A stretch of DNA of 64,000 nt from an uncultured virus (IMG/VR IMGVR_UViG_3300023110_000026) (IMGVR_UViG_3300023110_000026); one strand, 5' to 3'. Numbered from the stretch's first letter, positions 1 through 9,711 are shown. A program made the numbers and translations. The notes: generated by a model not told the origin, from the letters alone.

Positions 1-792
1 ATTTGCTAACGGTCCTGCTTGACAATAGTTGCGATCAGTCACAAAGATTGGAACACCGTTCATTAGTGACGCAACTGTTGGACTACTATTCTTAACAACC
101 ATTGCCCAACACTTATCTAAATCATCCAATAAAGAAACTTTTGTAGTATCGCTTACACGAACACCAAATTCTTTTTCAATTTGTTTTCCGTAATGTAATG
201 CAGTTTTATCTCCCGGATGACAACGAATTTTTATTGGCCTATCAGTATGCTTTCTTAATGTAGATAATGTTTCTCTAAGCCAATCAATTACGTGTTCGCC
301 ACGCATACTCCAACCACCATTTCTTTGCAAACAAATTAAAACGTGTTTTCCTTTATTAGTATATGGAAGTAATTCTAAACCGTATCTATTTCTTAATCTA
401 TCCCAATGTTCTGGTGTTTCAACATCGTAATTACAGTAGTCACCGGTTGCTGGAAATACACCGTCATAACTAAAACGTATTAGTTCACTATCGTTAAACT
501 TTCCAGTAGCATAACTGAACATATTACTATCAATAATAACACAACGTTTAGGTTTTACAGTATTGCGTGTATGTACTAGTTGTCTAAAAGCCAAATGCGG
601 TGCATTTTTTCCGTGCTCGTGTACAAATCCTTGAAGTACTGCAACATCACACTCTTCGTATGTTGTTCCTTCGTGTGCAATGCCCACGTCACCTGCGGCA
701 TTTACACCCTGGACATATGCATGAAGCATTGCTGGTTTTGCTGGATTGTTATTTCGAGGCGGAATACCTCCTAAAAAACTTACTACTTTCAT
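1..792 (-). CDS. Partial (runs off window) GT-B/capsule-biosynthesis-like protein, paralog of 2485..3267
   Basis: Not in ORF track. ATG at 792 overlaps the upstream TAA (TAATG); frame open to base 1: MKVVSFLGGIPPRN...KHVLICLQR...LRKHTDRPIKIRCHPG...SSPTVASLMNGVPIF, matching the TDRPIIVR/SVAATEAILYGVPAF motifs of the paralog. Confidence 0.7.
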   Translation of the reverse strand, partial: MKVVSFLGGIPPRNNNPAKPAMLHAYVQGVNAAGDVGIAHEGTTYEECDVAVLQGFVHEHGKNAPHLAFRQLVHTRNTVKPKRCVIIDSNMFSYATGKFNDSELIRFSYDGVFPATGDYCNYDVETPEHWDRLRNRYGLELLPYTNKGKHVLICLQRNGGWSMRGEHVIDWLRETLSTLRKHTDRPIKIRCHPGDKTALHYGKQIEKEFGVRVSDTTKVSLLDDLDKCWAMVVKNSSPTVASLMNGVPIFVTDRNYCQAGPLAN

Positions 793-1745
793 TATAACAC
801 TGCCTTGACTCTAGTCCAAAAGTCGTTTGTTGCTTGTCTGCATTCAGCAAGAGCATTAGGATGTGTAGACACTTCATCTAACATTTCTTCCCAACCGGCT
901 GGTTTGGCTTTTAAGTAAGGTTTGTGTTTTAATGTGTAGAATTTAGAACTCCACGGCGAAAGTACAATAACTTTTTTACCTAAAAGTGTACCCCAATATG
1001 CTCCGTGATAACTGTTTGTTAAAATAGTATTTGCTGACCCTAGTAATTCAATTGTTTGGTCCATGTTAGCACCAGAATTTACAAATCTTGGTACTGCACC
1101 ATTTCCAAAATCATTACCTTTTATTAGTTGTTTCTTGTGTTCGAACACAATTACATCATTCTTAATTTCATATTTTTTATTAAAAGCCGGATGCATACAA
1201 CTTGCACAAGGCACCCAATCAAAAAGTGGATTTCTTGCTTTCCAAGAATCGTCCCAATAATCTCTAATACCAATCATATCGTAATCTTTGAGTTTTTTAG
1301 GGTATCTTGCATCATCACTTGTGCTTGGATTATAATCTCGTTGATTATGTCCTGCACCCCAAACTATTCTTTTAGTTGAAACGTTTTGTTCAATCTCTCT
1401 AATAGCATTTGTAAGATGATCTTTTAAATTTTTGTTAAATGCTTCGTATAACTTTTGATATTTTGTATTACATAATCTCCATCTATGATCCCACATTTCT
1501 TCTAACTGGTTAATATCTGGATGATTAAAAACTAAATCCATTGATTCACCAAAAAATTCATTGGCTAACAAACCACCACCACCAAATATTACTGGAAGGT
1601 CATCTGGATATTGTTGTCTGCCAATGTTAACAATATCAATTTTTTCATATTCGTCGTCATTTAAAAAATATTGCAACGGATCTGACATAATATCGCCAAT
1701 ATTATTTGGGTCTCTACGATGTATTACAACTGCTTTCTTTTTCAT
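792..1745 (-). CDS. Polysaccharide pyruvyl-transferase-like protein
   Basis: NNIGD, IFGGGG, WGAG, GIRD and TNSYHG motifs typical of this family. Confidence 0.6.
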   Translation of the reverse strand: MKKKAVVIHRRDPNNIGDIMSDPLQYFLNDDEYEKIDIVNIGRQQYPDDLPVIFGGGGLLANEFFGESMDLVFNHPDINQLEEMWDHRWRLCNTKYQKLYEAFNKNLKDHLTNAIREIEQNVSTKRIVWGAGHNQRDYNPSTSDDARYPKKLKDYDMIGIRDYWDDSWKARNPLFDWVPCASCMHPAFNKKYEIKNDVIVFEHKKQLIKGNDFGNGAVPRFVNSGANMDQTIELLGSANTILTNSYHGAYWGTLLGKKVIVLSPWSSKFYTLKHKPYLKAKPAGWEEMLDEVSTHPNALAECRQATNDFWTRVKAVL

Positions 1746-1750
1746 ACTAG

Positions 1751-1756
1751 TAATTA
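1751..1756 (-). promoter_or_regulatory. Variant late promoter TAATTA, 5 nt before ATG 1745
   Basis: TAATTA-CTAGT-ATG, same spacing as the TAAATA sites. Confidence 0.45.
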
Positions 1757-2488
1757 TTTCCTTATCTCAAAGTCTTCGCTTTTCTTGACTTTGCCTTTAT
1801 AGTGGGTCATGTACTCTGCTAGGATTGTGTGCTTAAAAATGGTGTTATGATGACGATTTCCAAGGTCTCTAAAGATCTTCCCATGGCTTTCAAACTCACT
1901 TACTACTGCACCAAACACATCTCCGTCATAAAAACGTCTTAAACTTTCACCATATCCTCTCATATAGTACTCACGGTAGCGATTTATGAAGTCTTCGTAA
2001 TAGTAATGATGTCTATTGATAACATAAAAGCCTGTTTCACCACAAAGAACAGGTTTTATTTTCTTAAATCCTTCGCCTTTTACTTTTTTATGGTCATAAA
2101 CAACAGCCATGTATGTTGCAAGTACATTATCTGGACATAATTTCCATAAAAATTCTTTAGGAATAGGTTTATAGGTAATTACATCACTATCAATCCAAAT
2201 TAAACGATCAGTACCTTCAAATTGACAGGCTCTTAACCAACTAAATGCTTTATAACTAAAAATTTTAACACGTTTTTTGTAATCTTTGGTTTGAAATTCT
2301 CTAAAATCTTCGTCTAGTTCGTCAAAACTGTGATACATTACATTATCGTGATTTTCTAACATAAAGTCTTCAGCAAAAACATGAAGAGTCACATCTTTTG
2401 GCCAATATTTTACAAAAGAGTCAATACTATCCTTACCTAGTTTATCATAGTATGCTTTATTTTGTGTAGTGACCGCTAAAATTTTCAT
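1754..2488 (-). CDS. GT-A fold glycosyltransferase
   Basis: LIWIDSD (DxD), ETGF, RFYDGDVF and HYKG motifs. Confidence 0.65.
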   Translation of the reverse strand: MKILAVTTQNKAYYDKLGKDSIDSFVKYWPKDVTLHVFAEDFMLENHDNVMYHSFDELDEDFREFQTKDYKKRVKIFSYKAFSWLRACQFEGTDRLIWIDSDVITYKPIPKEFLWKLCPDNVLATYMAVVYDHKKVKGEGFKKIKPVLCGETGFYVINRHHYYYEDFINRYREYYMRGYGESLRRFYDGDVFGAVVSEFESHGKIFRDLGNRHHNTIFKHTILAEYMTHYKGKVKKSEDFEIRK

Positions 2489-3267
2489 AATTCTAGTATC
2501 TTTCTTGCTGTACCGTCTTTTAACTCACTATTATGAAACTGTCCATAGGCTAGATGACACGCCCACTTATAAACAAAGTCTGAGTCTGGGTATAACGGGT
2601 GTTCAATACCTTCTAAACTAGACGACGATAATAATGATGCGGCGTTTGGTGCTAGTGTAAACGCAGGAACACCGTAAAGTATGGCTTCAGTAGCGGCTAC
2701 ACTTTGCAAAGTGACCACAGCAAATGCATTATCTAGTTCTTCGTAGATAGATTTACTAAGTCTGACTTTTCTCTTTTCTTTTTCTCGAACAATAATTGGT
2801 CTATCAGTAAACTTTTTTAAATTAGTTAATACAGTGTTCTTCCATTCTTGAAGATTTATATCATAGAATATAGCAGGTTTTTCACTAGGCATAACAACAA
2901 GAATATTACGCCCATCTTTCTTCCATTTTGGAATTTTATACTTTAATGCTTCCCATCTATCACTCGGGCGTTCAACAATGACGTTATGTTGTAAATCATT
3001 TTTTACAATTCTGTGAAAAATTTTATAACCCATAGGATTAATAGGAGATTTATAATTACCCATATATCCACTATCAATGTAATAAAAGTCTCGTTTATCT
3101 TCCCAACACTTTTTCATAATGTCGTGACGAAGAATTCCTCTTAAAACAATAGGATCAGAAGAATTATTATAATCAAAGTTGTCTAAATTTATTGAACCGT
3201 GCTGATCAAAACTTGATGCAAACATATTGACATATTCGTCGGTTCCGCCTTTGCTTATAAACTTCAT
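2485..3267 (-). CDS. GT-B/capsule-biosynthesis-like protein
   Basis: YIDSGY, TDRPIIVR, SVAATEAILYGVPAF; lies within the GT cluster. Confidence 0.5.
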   Translation of the reverse strand: MKFISKGGTDEYVNMFASSFDQHGSINLDNFDYNNSSDPIVLRGILRHDIMKKCWEDKRDFYYIDSGYMGNYKSPINPMGYKIFHRIVKNDLQHNVIVERPSDRWEALKYKIPKWKKDGRNILVVMPSEKPAIFYDINLQEWKNTVLTNLKKFTDRPIIVREKEKRKVRLSKSIYEELDNAFAVVTLQSVAATEAILYGVPAFTLAPNAASLLSSSSLEGIEHPLYPDSDFVYKWACHLAYGQFHNSELKDGTARKILEL

Positions 3268-3959
3268 TAAATTGGTTTCCAGTTAGGATTTACTTTATTT
3301 GCTCTTTCAATCCACTGGTCACCATATTCAACATCTTTACAATTTTCAAACCAAGGACCGCCTTCGGTGTAATGTAATGCTTTAGGTTTGCCGTCTTTTG
3401 ACTCGTTATACCAACCGACTAACCAATTCCACTCGTGACTTACTTCGCCTATTTCTTTATCTTTCAACCAACTAAAGCGATGTAAGAATTGTCCTGTTTC
3501 TTTGTTTACCATACTAGGAATAAGTCGTGCGTTGCTAGGATGTCCGCAATTCCAAAGAATCATCGAACTCCAGTTTTTACGTGGATATGGTAGTTGTGCT
3601 TTACCATCCATCTTTGTTCCCTCTTTTACATTATATTCGTGTTTAGCAACCATAACAGCATACTTGTCATCACGTTGTGCAAATAATTTATCAATATCTT
3701 CTAACCATAAAAAATCACAATCACAAAAAACTGCCCAACCCTTATAGTTCATTAGGAACGGAATAAGAAAACGTGTAAATGTAAATTCAGTTGAACTTAA
3801 TTTGTCAACTGATCGTGTGTAAATTCCTTGATTTCTTAACTCGTGTTGTTTTAAATGCTTAACGTCGATTATTTCTTCAGTGCTATGACATAAACTATAT
3901 TCGCAAACATCACTAGCAATAGGTTCACGGCTATCGTAGCCTATAAACACAGTATTCAT
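3267..3959 (-). CDS. GT8-like glycosyltransferase
   Basis: FIGYD, STEFTFTRF, FCDCDFL, YPRKNWSS, WNWLVG and HYTEGGPW motifs. Confidence 0.8.
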   Translation of the reverse strand: MNTVFIGYDSREPIASDVCEYSLCHSTEEIIDVKHLKQHELRNQGIYTRSVDKLSSTEFTFTRFLIPFLMNYKGWAVFCDCDFLWLEDIDKLFAQRDDKYAVMVAKHEYNVKEGTKMDGKAQLPYPRKNWSSMILWNCGHPSNARLIPSMVNKETGQFLHRFSWLKDKEIGEVSHEWNWLVGWYNESKDGKPKALHYTEGGPWFENCKDVEYGDQWIERANKVNPNWKPI

Positions 3960-3960
3960 G

Positions 3961-4761
3961 TTATTTTCCTTCTTTCCCGTAATCGTCGCTTACACCTATA
4001 CGACTTATATCATCTTCAATACAATTATCACCGTATTGTATTTCAATAATTCTTAACGGCTTTTTTGTTTTATTTTCTAATTGGTGCCATTCCCCAACGC
4101 CTATATTTAATTTATCAAATCTATTAAGCGTATCCATTTCTTCTAAGTCAGTTGAGCCGTCAATAGTATTAACTGTTGCAGTTCCTTCACTTACAAACCA
4201 TAGTTCGTTTCTGTGTTTATGTTTTTGCATACTCAACCGTTTACCCGGATCGACTGTAAGTTCTTTTAATTTAACTTCGTTGCCAACACCAAATAAAACT
4301 CTGTAATATCCCCATGGGCGTTCAGTTTTAGGATACTTATAATCTTCTAGTATCCAACTGCTTGAATTCTTTTTATCACTGCCGCCTACACCAAATTGAA
4401 ATGATAGTCTACTATCGTCAATTAACATCTCAGGAATGTTTGTTTTAGTTCTATCTCCACCATTAGCAAAGATAACACTATCGCTTAAAAAGTTGTGTTC
4501 GTTAAGTACTTGCTGAATAGCATCGTTAGCAGTGTTATCGCTATCGTCAAAATCAATAACTTTGTCAACTACTGAAAGGTTTTCAATAATAGTTGCACGT
4601 TCCTCAAAAGGCATAAATGGCTTGCCTTTTTTACGTGTTAACCAATCATCTGAGTTAACACCAACAACTAGATAATCTCCTAGTTCTTTTGCGGCTTTAA
4701 AATAGGCAATGTGTCCTGAGTGTAAAGGATCAAAGCCTCCTGTGACTAATACTATCTTCAT
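3961..4761 (-). CDS. Cytidylyltransferase-family nucleotidyltransferase fused to a mannose-6-phosphate-isomerase-type cupin
   Basis: N-terminal GGFDPLHSGH (HxGH) and FANGGDR; C-terminal RPWGYY...LSMQKHKHRNELW...WHQLEN...IEIQYG. Confidence 0.8.
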   Translation of the reverse strand: MKIVLVTGGFDPLHSGHIAYFKAAKELGDYLVVGVNSDDWLTRKKGKPFMPFEERATIIENLSVVDKVIDFDDSDNTANDAIQQVLNEHNFLSDSVIFANGGDRTKTNIPEMLIDDSRLSFQFGVGGSDKKNSSSWILEDYKYPKTERPWGYYRVLFGVGNEVKLKELTVDPGKRLSMQKHKHRNELWFVSEGTATVNTIDGSTDLEEMDTLNRFDKLNIGVGEWHQLENKTKKPLRIIEIQYGDNCIEDDISRIGVSDDYGKEGK

Positions 4762-4766
4762 GTTAA

Positions 4767-4772
4767 TATTTA
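4767..4772 (-). promoter_or_regulatory. T4-type late promoter TAAATA, 5 nt before ATG 4761
   Basis: TAAATA-TTAAC-ATG. Confidence 0.65.
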
Positions 4773-5492
4773 TTTGGTATTAGTTTTGCTAAGAGCAATG
4801 CTGATTATGTCTTCAAATATTTCATTTCCGGTCATATTTTTACGTAATTCTTTAGGAGTTTTGCTACCGTAATGCAAAAACCCTGTATCGTAATAATGAA
4901 ACCCTCTTTCACAATCTGTATTTCTTATTTTATATCTTGGATAATCATCAAATAAACTTTCAACAGCATCACCGTCATATGGACGATACAAGTCAAATAT
5001 TTTACCACTGTTCCATAAGTTTTCGTATGTATTGATTAACACTTCTGTGTCTTTGCAGTTAGGATCTAACATAATGAATCCGCTGTCGTGCTTATCTTGT
5101 TTAGATGTGCCACACCCCCATAATAATTTTGATTGCTTAAATTGTTCTATCTCATTATATAGTTTTTCTTCATCAAAATTTATAACTTCTATGTCAGTAT
5201 CTAACAAAATTATGTAATCATACTCTTTTAGATTTCGAAATGCCCATACTTGGCTTTGCATTTTTTTCCAAAAGTTTGTAGACTTCCTTACTGTACGCGG
5301 GTGTTTTAAAAAAGAGCAGTTTCTATCTAAAACAGATTCTAATTCAATTATTTTTGTTTGTTTAAGATTGATCTTATTACTATCATGAATAATAAATTTA
5401 TCTCCAGGCAACTGTTCCCAACTTGGTAAACAATGCTGTGCAATTAGGTTCCAATATCCTTCGTCTGCTAATCCTGACCATGCTATTTTCAT
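4770..5492 (-). CDS. GT-A fold glycosyltransferase, distant paralog of 1754..2488
   Basis: ILLDTD (DxD), DSGF, RPYDGD and HYG motifs parallel those of 1754..2488. Confidence 0.6.
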   Translation of the reverse strand: MKIAWSGLADEGYWNLIAQHCLPSWEQLPGDKFIIHDSNKINLKQTKIIELESVLDRNCSFLKHPRTVRKSTNFWKKMQSQVWAFRNLKEYDYIILLDTDIEVINFDEEKLYNEIEQFKQSKLLWGCGTSKQDKHDSGFIMLDPNCKDTEVLINTYENLWNSGKIFDLYRPYDGDAVESLFDDYPRYKIRNTDCERGFHYYDTGFLHYGSKTPKELRKNMTGNEIFEDIISIALSKTNTK

Positions 5493-6103
5493 TATATAAA
5501 CAATTTCCTTTTAAAATATTTTACGTCAAACAGTACACTATTAAACATAACACGCGGTATCATATAACCATACTTAACAACTATATCTAATGCTTTTTTA
5601 CATCCTAACGGGGTTATTAGATATGCATCAAAGTTAGATAAACTTCTAGGAACAAACCCTGCATTATAGTCGTCATGCTGTCCAATATGCCAGTTATTAT
5701 GATTTTCTAAACTAACAATACTATTTTCAAATTCCCATTCACCTGCACTTAGATTGAGAACTTCTGTATAATGTTCATTTATGTTTCCAGGAATTGGCCA
5801 CTGTTGCCAGCGGTAATCTTCTGTTATTAAAACAGATTTATCTAATTCAATACACTTCTTCCATGCACGAAAGTGATTATAAAACTTTTCAAAATCAGAA
5901 TCTGTCTTGTGTTTAGACATTCTGTAGTTTTTGTACTTTCCGTGTGTACTGCTTATTAGATTTTGTGATAAAGGGTTTAGTGTTATTATGCTTTGAATAT
6001 TATCTCTATTATAACCTAATTCAACAAAGCGATCATAACAATCTTGATATGTTTTTTCAGTAGTTGTGGTATTGTTAAGTATTATAACATCAAATTGATG
6101 CAT
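5492..6103 (-). CDS. GT25-like glycosyltransferase
   Basis: HFRAWKKC...VLITED and AYLITPLG motifs resemble GT25. Confidence 0.5.
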   Translation of the reverse strand: MHQFDVIILNNTTTTEKTYQDCYDRFVELGYNRDNIQSIITLNPLSQNLISSTHGKYKNYRMSKHKTDSDFEKFYNHFRAWKKCIELDKSVLITEDYRWQQWPIPGNINEHYTEVLNLSAGEWEFENSIVSLENHNNWHIGQHDDYNAGFVPRSLSNFDAYLITPLGCKKALDIVVKYGYMIPRVMFNSVLFDVKYFKRKLFI

Positions 6104-6548
6104 CTTCCATTCCTGCTACACGTAGTTTCGTAATATTAGTTATCTGCCATTGCTTTTGATCAAGGCCTTTTAAGATTCCTAACCACTTATTACGTAGCAG
6201 TGCAAACTCGTTGATAATTTTTTCCATATCAACAACGTCTGATTCACCGTCAACATATTTTTCAACGTCGCGGCTACTTAATGCTCTTTGATAAGATTCT
6301 AAATATGTTTTAAAGAATTTTGATCGTGTTCTTCGAAGTTCGATGTTTAGGTATTCAAGGATCGCTTCGATCTCTTGTAGTTGTCCAAAACGCTTTTCTA
6401 CAACACCAGGAAGGTTTCCAGCATTCTTTTCAAGGTTTCCCTTTAAAGAACACTCAATTCTGGCTTCTTGCATTTGTTCCTCATACCATATAATAGCATC
6501 AGGAATGTTAGAAATGTCTTGCGATATCCTTGAATACCAATTTATCAT
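6090..6548 (-). CDS. uvsY: UvsY-like recombination mediator
   Basis: ~150 aa helical protein (YQRALSSRDVEKYVDGE...KGLDQKQWQITNITKLRVAG) downstream of uvsX. Confidence 0.75.
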   Translation of the reverse strand: MINWYSRISQDISNIPDAIIWYEEQMQEARIECSLKGNLEKNAGNLPGVVEKRFGQLQEIEAILEYLNIELRRTRSKFFKTYLESYQRALSSRDVEKYVDGESDVVDMEKIINEFALLRNKWLGILKGLDQKQWQITNITKLRVAGMEDASI

Positions 6549-6812
6549 CTAATAATCTTCCGAATCGTATCTATCATCATAGTCTTCATCATCGTAGTCA
6601 TTATCGTATACACCTTCTGAGCCGTATACTTCTTCTACGGCTTCTTTAAGGTATGGATCCTGGTCGCCCATAGCATACAAAACGGATTCTTCAGCACCGT
6701 TATCTACACACCAGTTTACAAACTTCATAGCACTGTCTTGTTTATTTTTTACGTCTATAAAGTCAGCAAACGAATCCCATAGGTCAATTAACTGTTCTTC
6801 ACTTAGATTCAC
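6549..6812 (-). CDS. Acidic hypothetical protein
   Basis: 87 aa ORF tightly packed between uvsX and uvsY. Confidence 0.7.
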   Translation of the reverse strand: MNLSEEQLIDLWDSFADFIDVKNKQDSAMKFVNWCVDNGAEESVLYAMGDQDPYLKEAVEEVYGSEGVYDNDYDDEDYDDRYDSEDY

Positions 6813-7917
6813 TTAGAGTCTCCTGTTCAACGGGTTCAACATCATCAACTTGCGATTCTTTTTCTGAATCGTTGTCGAGTTCGTTATACTTATCACCGTT
6901 GGCAGAATAATCTTTCATAATGATTTCAAGTTGTTCACCGTCCCAATCTTTACGATAGTGTAAGTGTTCTTCACCTTGTGAATCTACAAATTTAAGTCTA
7001 TTTCCTTGTTGTTTTAATAGTCCTTGTTTTTCAAACAATTCAACTAATCCACTGTAAGGATTCATACCTGTTTCGTATGGAATCTTTACTTGTACACCTT
7101 CAAAAGGTTTTGCGTATCGTGTTTTCATTACCTTACAAGCGGCTCTGATACCACGTACATCTGTGACCTTTTTACCATCTTCATCTTCTTTTAGTTTTAG
7201 TTTTTTCATTGCTACAACAATTGAAGATGCATAGATAAAGCCTTGACCGCCTGAGATTTTGTCATCTGGGTCAAACATATCTTGCGATGCGTAAGTGTGG
7301 TTAGTTGCTACAAGTCCTACGTTATAACTACCAAACATATTAACACAGTTTCTTACAAGTGCAGTTAGTGCCTTAGGCTTACGGCCCATATCACCTTTCA
7401 AATCACCTTTATCAAACTGATCAACATCTGTTGGTGTTAGTAGCATACCAAGTGAATCAACTACAAACAATACTTTAGGACGATCCGCTGGATCCATAGC
7501 ATCGTAATCATCACGATACTCTTTCATAAAGTTTGAAATAGTTTTTGCTACATCATCGATCATACTCATCGATAACTTTAACAATTTTTCTTCACTTGTG
7601 TCAACATTAAGTGCCTGCAACCATTTTTCATCAAGTGCATTTTCACTATCAATTAGCACAACAAAGATACCTTGTTCTTGTGCCGCTTTAACAATGTTAG
7701 CACTTGCGAAGTATGATTTACCTGCACCGGATTCACCTGCAAACACTGTGACCTTACCTAGCGGAACACCCTTATGGAAGTCACCACTAATAAGATAGTT
7801 TAGTGCAAAGTTGCCGGTTGATACCCAATCGGTTGGATCGTTAAAGCCTACACCAAGTCCTTGAATGGACTTGGTCAGACCCTTACGAAACTTTGATACA
7901 TCAAATGGTTTCGCCAT
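6799..7917 (-). CDS. uvsX: UvsX/RecA-like recombinase
   Basis: Walker A GESGAGKS, IDSENA, VVDSLG, TNHTY, ISGGQG. Confidence 0.93.
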   Translation of the reverse strand: MAKPFDVSKFRKGLTKSIQGLGVGFNDPTDWVSTGNFALNYLISGDFHKGVPLGKVTVFAGESGAGKSYFASANIVKAAQEQGIFVVLIDSENALDEKWLQALNVDTSEEKLLKLSMSMIDDVAKTISNFMKEYRDDYDAMDPADRPKVLFVVDSLGMLLTPTDVDQFDKGDLKGDMGRKPKALTALVRNCVNMFGSYNVGLVATNHTYASQDMFDPDDKISGGQGFIYASSIVVAMKKLKLKEDEDGKKVTDVRGIRAACKVMKTRYAKPFEGVQVKIPYETGMNPYSGLVELFEKQGLLKQQGNRLKFVDSQGEEHLHYRKDWDGEQLEIIMKDYSANGDKYNELDNDSEKESQVDDVEPVEQETLSESK

Positions 7918-7926
7918 GATTACTCC

Positions 7927-8934
7927 TTACGATTGACGTGAACGGATCATGTTCAAAATGTCTTGAGCACGTTCACTTGAAGGTTTATCATCAGTATCAG
8001 CAGTTGCAGTTGTTTCAACTGTTCCTGTTTCGTCTCTAGTCACTCCAGCATTAGCATCTTCTTCAGGTGCTGTCATCGGAGCAGGCTTAGACTCTGCTAC
8101 TGGTTGAGTTGGTTTAGCACTATTTGGATCACCAGTTGGAGCACTCATGCCTGGAGCACGAAAGTACTGACCCCATTTATCTGGATCATATGCTTCGCCA
8201 TCAACAGATGCTTCAAACATCTCTTGAATAACCTTAACTTCAACTTCAGTTGGTTTCTTAGGAAGGAAATCATTTAGATTGTACAATCCATGTGAGTCAA
8301 CTGCCGCTTTCTCTTCATCAGTTAAAGCACGTTCTCTACGTGACCATTGTGATGTTGAGTAATCAGCATAACCACCTTTAGAAGTTTTCTTAATGCGGAA
8401 GTCTACACCTCGTGCATAATCAGTTGGCAATTCTTCCATCTCAGGATCCATTAATGCACCCTTAATGATTTGGAAAATTTGTGGTCCAATGATAAAACGT
8501 CTAATTGGATTCTCTGGAGTAGTATCTTCAGAGATAGGATTGTCTGCTACAAAACCTTGGAAGATGTAAGAACGTTTCTTCCAATATTTACGACCTTGGT
8601 CTTCTAGTGAAGGGTCTTTAAACCAACCACGTACTTCTGAAAGTACAGGGCAAGTTTCGCCATACATTTCCATACATGGAACGTTAACTGTCACTGGGCG
8701 TGAGTCAGTTTGGCCTTTGATTCCCGCAAAAGGAAGTTTGATCATTAAACGTTCTTTCCAAAAGAATACGTTTTCAGGATCAGCGTCAGGTAAGAAACGA
8801 AGTACTGCTTCGCTACCTTCTGCCATATTCCAATGTGGGTAAATTGCGTTGTCGCCGCCGCTTGTTTGATTACCGCCGCCTTTACGATCTTCTTGTTCAC
8901 GTAATTTTGCACGGATTTCTGCTAGTGTTGCCAT
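7927..8934 (-). CDS. gp32-like single-stranded DNA-binding protein
   Basis: LRFLP, CxxxxxxxCP, G.DFRIKKT.KGGYADYS motifs and acidic tail; SD AGGAGG; adjacent to uvsX. Confidence 0.88.
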   Translation of the reverse strand: MATLAEIRAKLREQEDRKGGGNQTSGGDNAIYPHWNMAEGSEAVLRFLPDADPENVFFWKERLMIKLPFAGIKGQTDSRPVTVNVPCMEMYGETCPVLSEVRGWFKDPSLEDQGRKYWKKRSYIFQGFVADNPISEDTTPENPIRRFIIGPQIFQIIKGALMDPEMEELPTDYARGVDFRIKKTSKGGYADYSTSQWSRRERALTDEEKAAVDSHGLYNLNDFLPKKPTEVEVKVIQEMFEASVDGEAYDPDKWGQYFRAPGMSAPTGDPNSAKPTQPVAESKPAPMTAPEEDANAGVTRDETGTVETTATADTDDKPSSERAQDILNMIRSRQS

Positions 8935-9002
8935 AATTTAAGCCTCCTATATTTTGCCTTTATGTGCCTGTTGTAGATACGTCTTTCTAACAACATATCT
9001 AT

Positions 9003-9031
9003 ATTATATTTAGTCTTTATCTAAAAGTCAA
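9003..9031 (-). promoter_or_regulatory. Sigma70-type promoter TTGACT-N17-TATAAT (overlapping a TAAATA) driving gp32-uvsX-uvsY
   Basis: Minus strand TTGACT TTTAGATAAAGACTAAA TATAAT. Confidence 0.8.
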
Positions 9032-9679
9032 CTACTTTTTAAGATAAGTTTGCCAAAAATTCCATGCAGGCATCCAAACCATATTGATTACAATACGTCT
9101 TGGTACAACTGTTGGTGTTGCACTTGCATGAAATTGGTTTGATGGAAATAGTATTGCTGATCCTTTTTTTGGAACGTTTGCAATCAGTTCCTTCATATCA
9201 TCTTGAGGACCTAAATGGTCTGGCTTCCCATATGGATTTGCTCCAACATTTTTATCAAAAATTCTTGTTGGTCCATCTGCTTCATTAACATAGTAAACCA
9301 TACTTAATGATTCTTCATATGGTTGATCAATATGTGGCGGATGAAACATTGTCTCATCTGAACCGTCTGGCGTTAATAAATTGGCCTTAATTCGAGTAAG
9401 TTCTTTTACAGGAATTCCCGTTTCTTTTTCAAAAAAGTAAAAGATAGGTTTGATCATTTCAAACGTTTGGCTAGCATGGCCAGTTTGAGGATTTAGTATG
9501 TCATGAACAAACTGTGGACTTTCTTTTATTTTTTCTTTATTTGCTAAGAATTGAAATTCCCAACTAGAAAAGCCACTTGTGTTATCCTGCCAAGTCCAAG
9601 GTAAAGAAGGATCCATAAAGATTGCTTCTAAATGGTCCTGCATACTTTTAGGTATTAAGTCTTCAAATATATGATACAT
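9032..9679 (-). CDS. 2OG-Fe(II) oxygenase superfamily protein
   Basis: HxD (PHID), distal FHAS and RRIVIN motifs. Confidence 0.8.
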   Translation of the reverse strand: MYHIFEDLIPKSMQDHLEAIFMDPSLPWTWQDNTSGFSSWEFQFLANKEKIKESPQFVHDILNPQTGHASQTFEMIKPIFYFFEKETGIPVKELTRIKANLLTPDGSDETMFHPPHIDQPYEESLSMVYYVNEADGPTRIFDKNVGANPYGKPDHLGPQDDMKELIANVPKKGSAILFPSNQFHASATPTVVPRRIVINMVWMPAWNFWQTYLKK

Positions 9680-9684
9680 ACACT

Positions 9685-9690
9685 TACTTA
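9685..9690 (-). promoter_or_regulatory. Variant late promoter TAAGTA, 5 nt before ATG 9679
   Basis: TAAGTA-AGTGT-ATG. Confidence 0.5.
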
Positions 9691-9711
9691 TTAAGTATGT
9701 TTATGAGTCAG

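Noticed and set aside
1..6103. Bacterial LPS/capsule locus or host-phage junction
   Set aside because: Continuous with uvsY, uses the same late promoters and shows the same motif avoidance; no integrase or att site seen
8969..9000. T4-type pseudoknot in the gp32 leader
   Set aside because: The two stems overlap and leave 0-1 nt loops, so they look like alternative hairpins rather than an H-type pseudoknot
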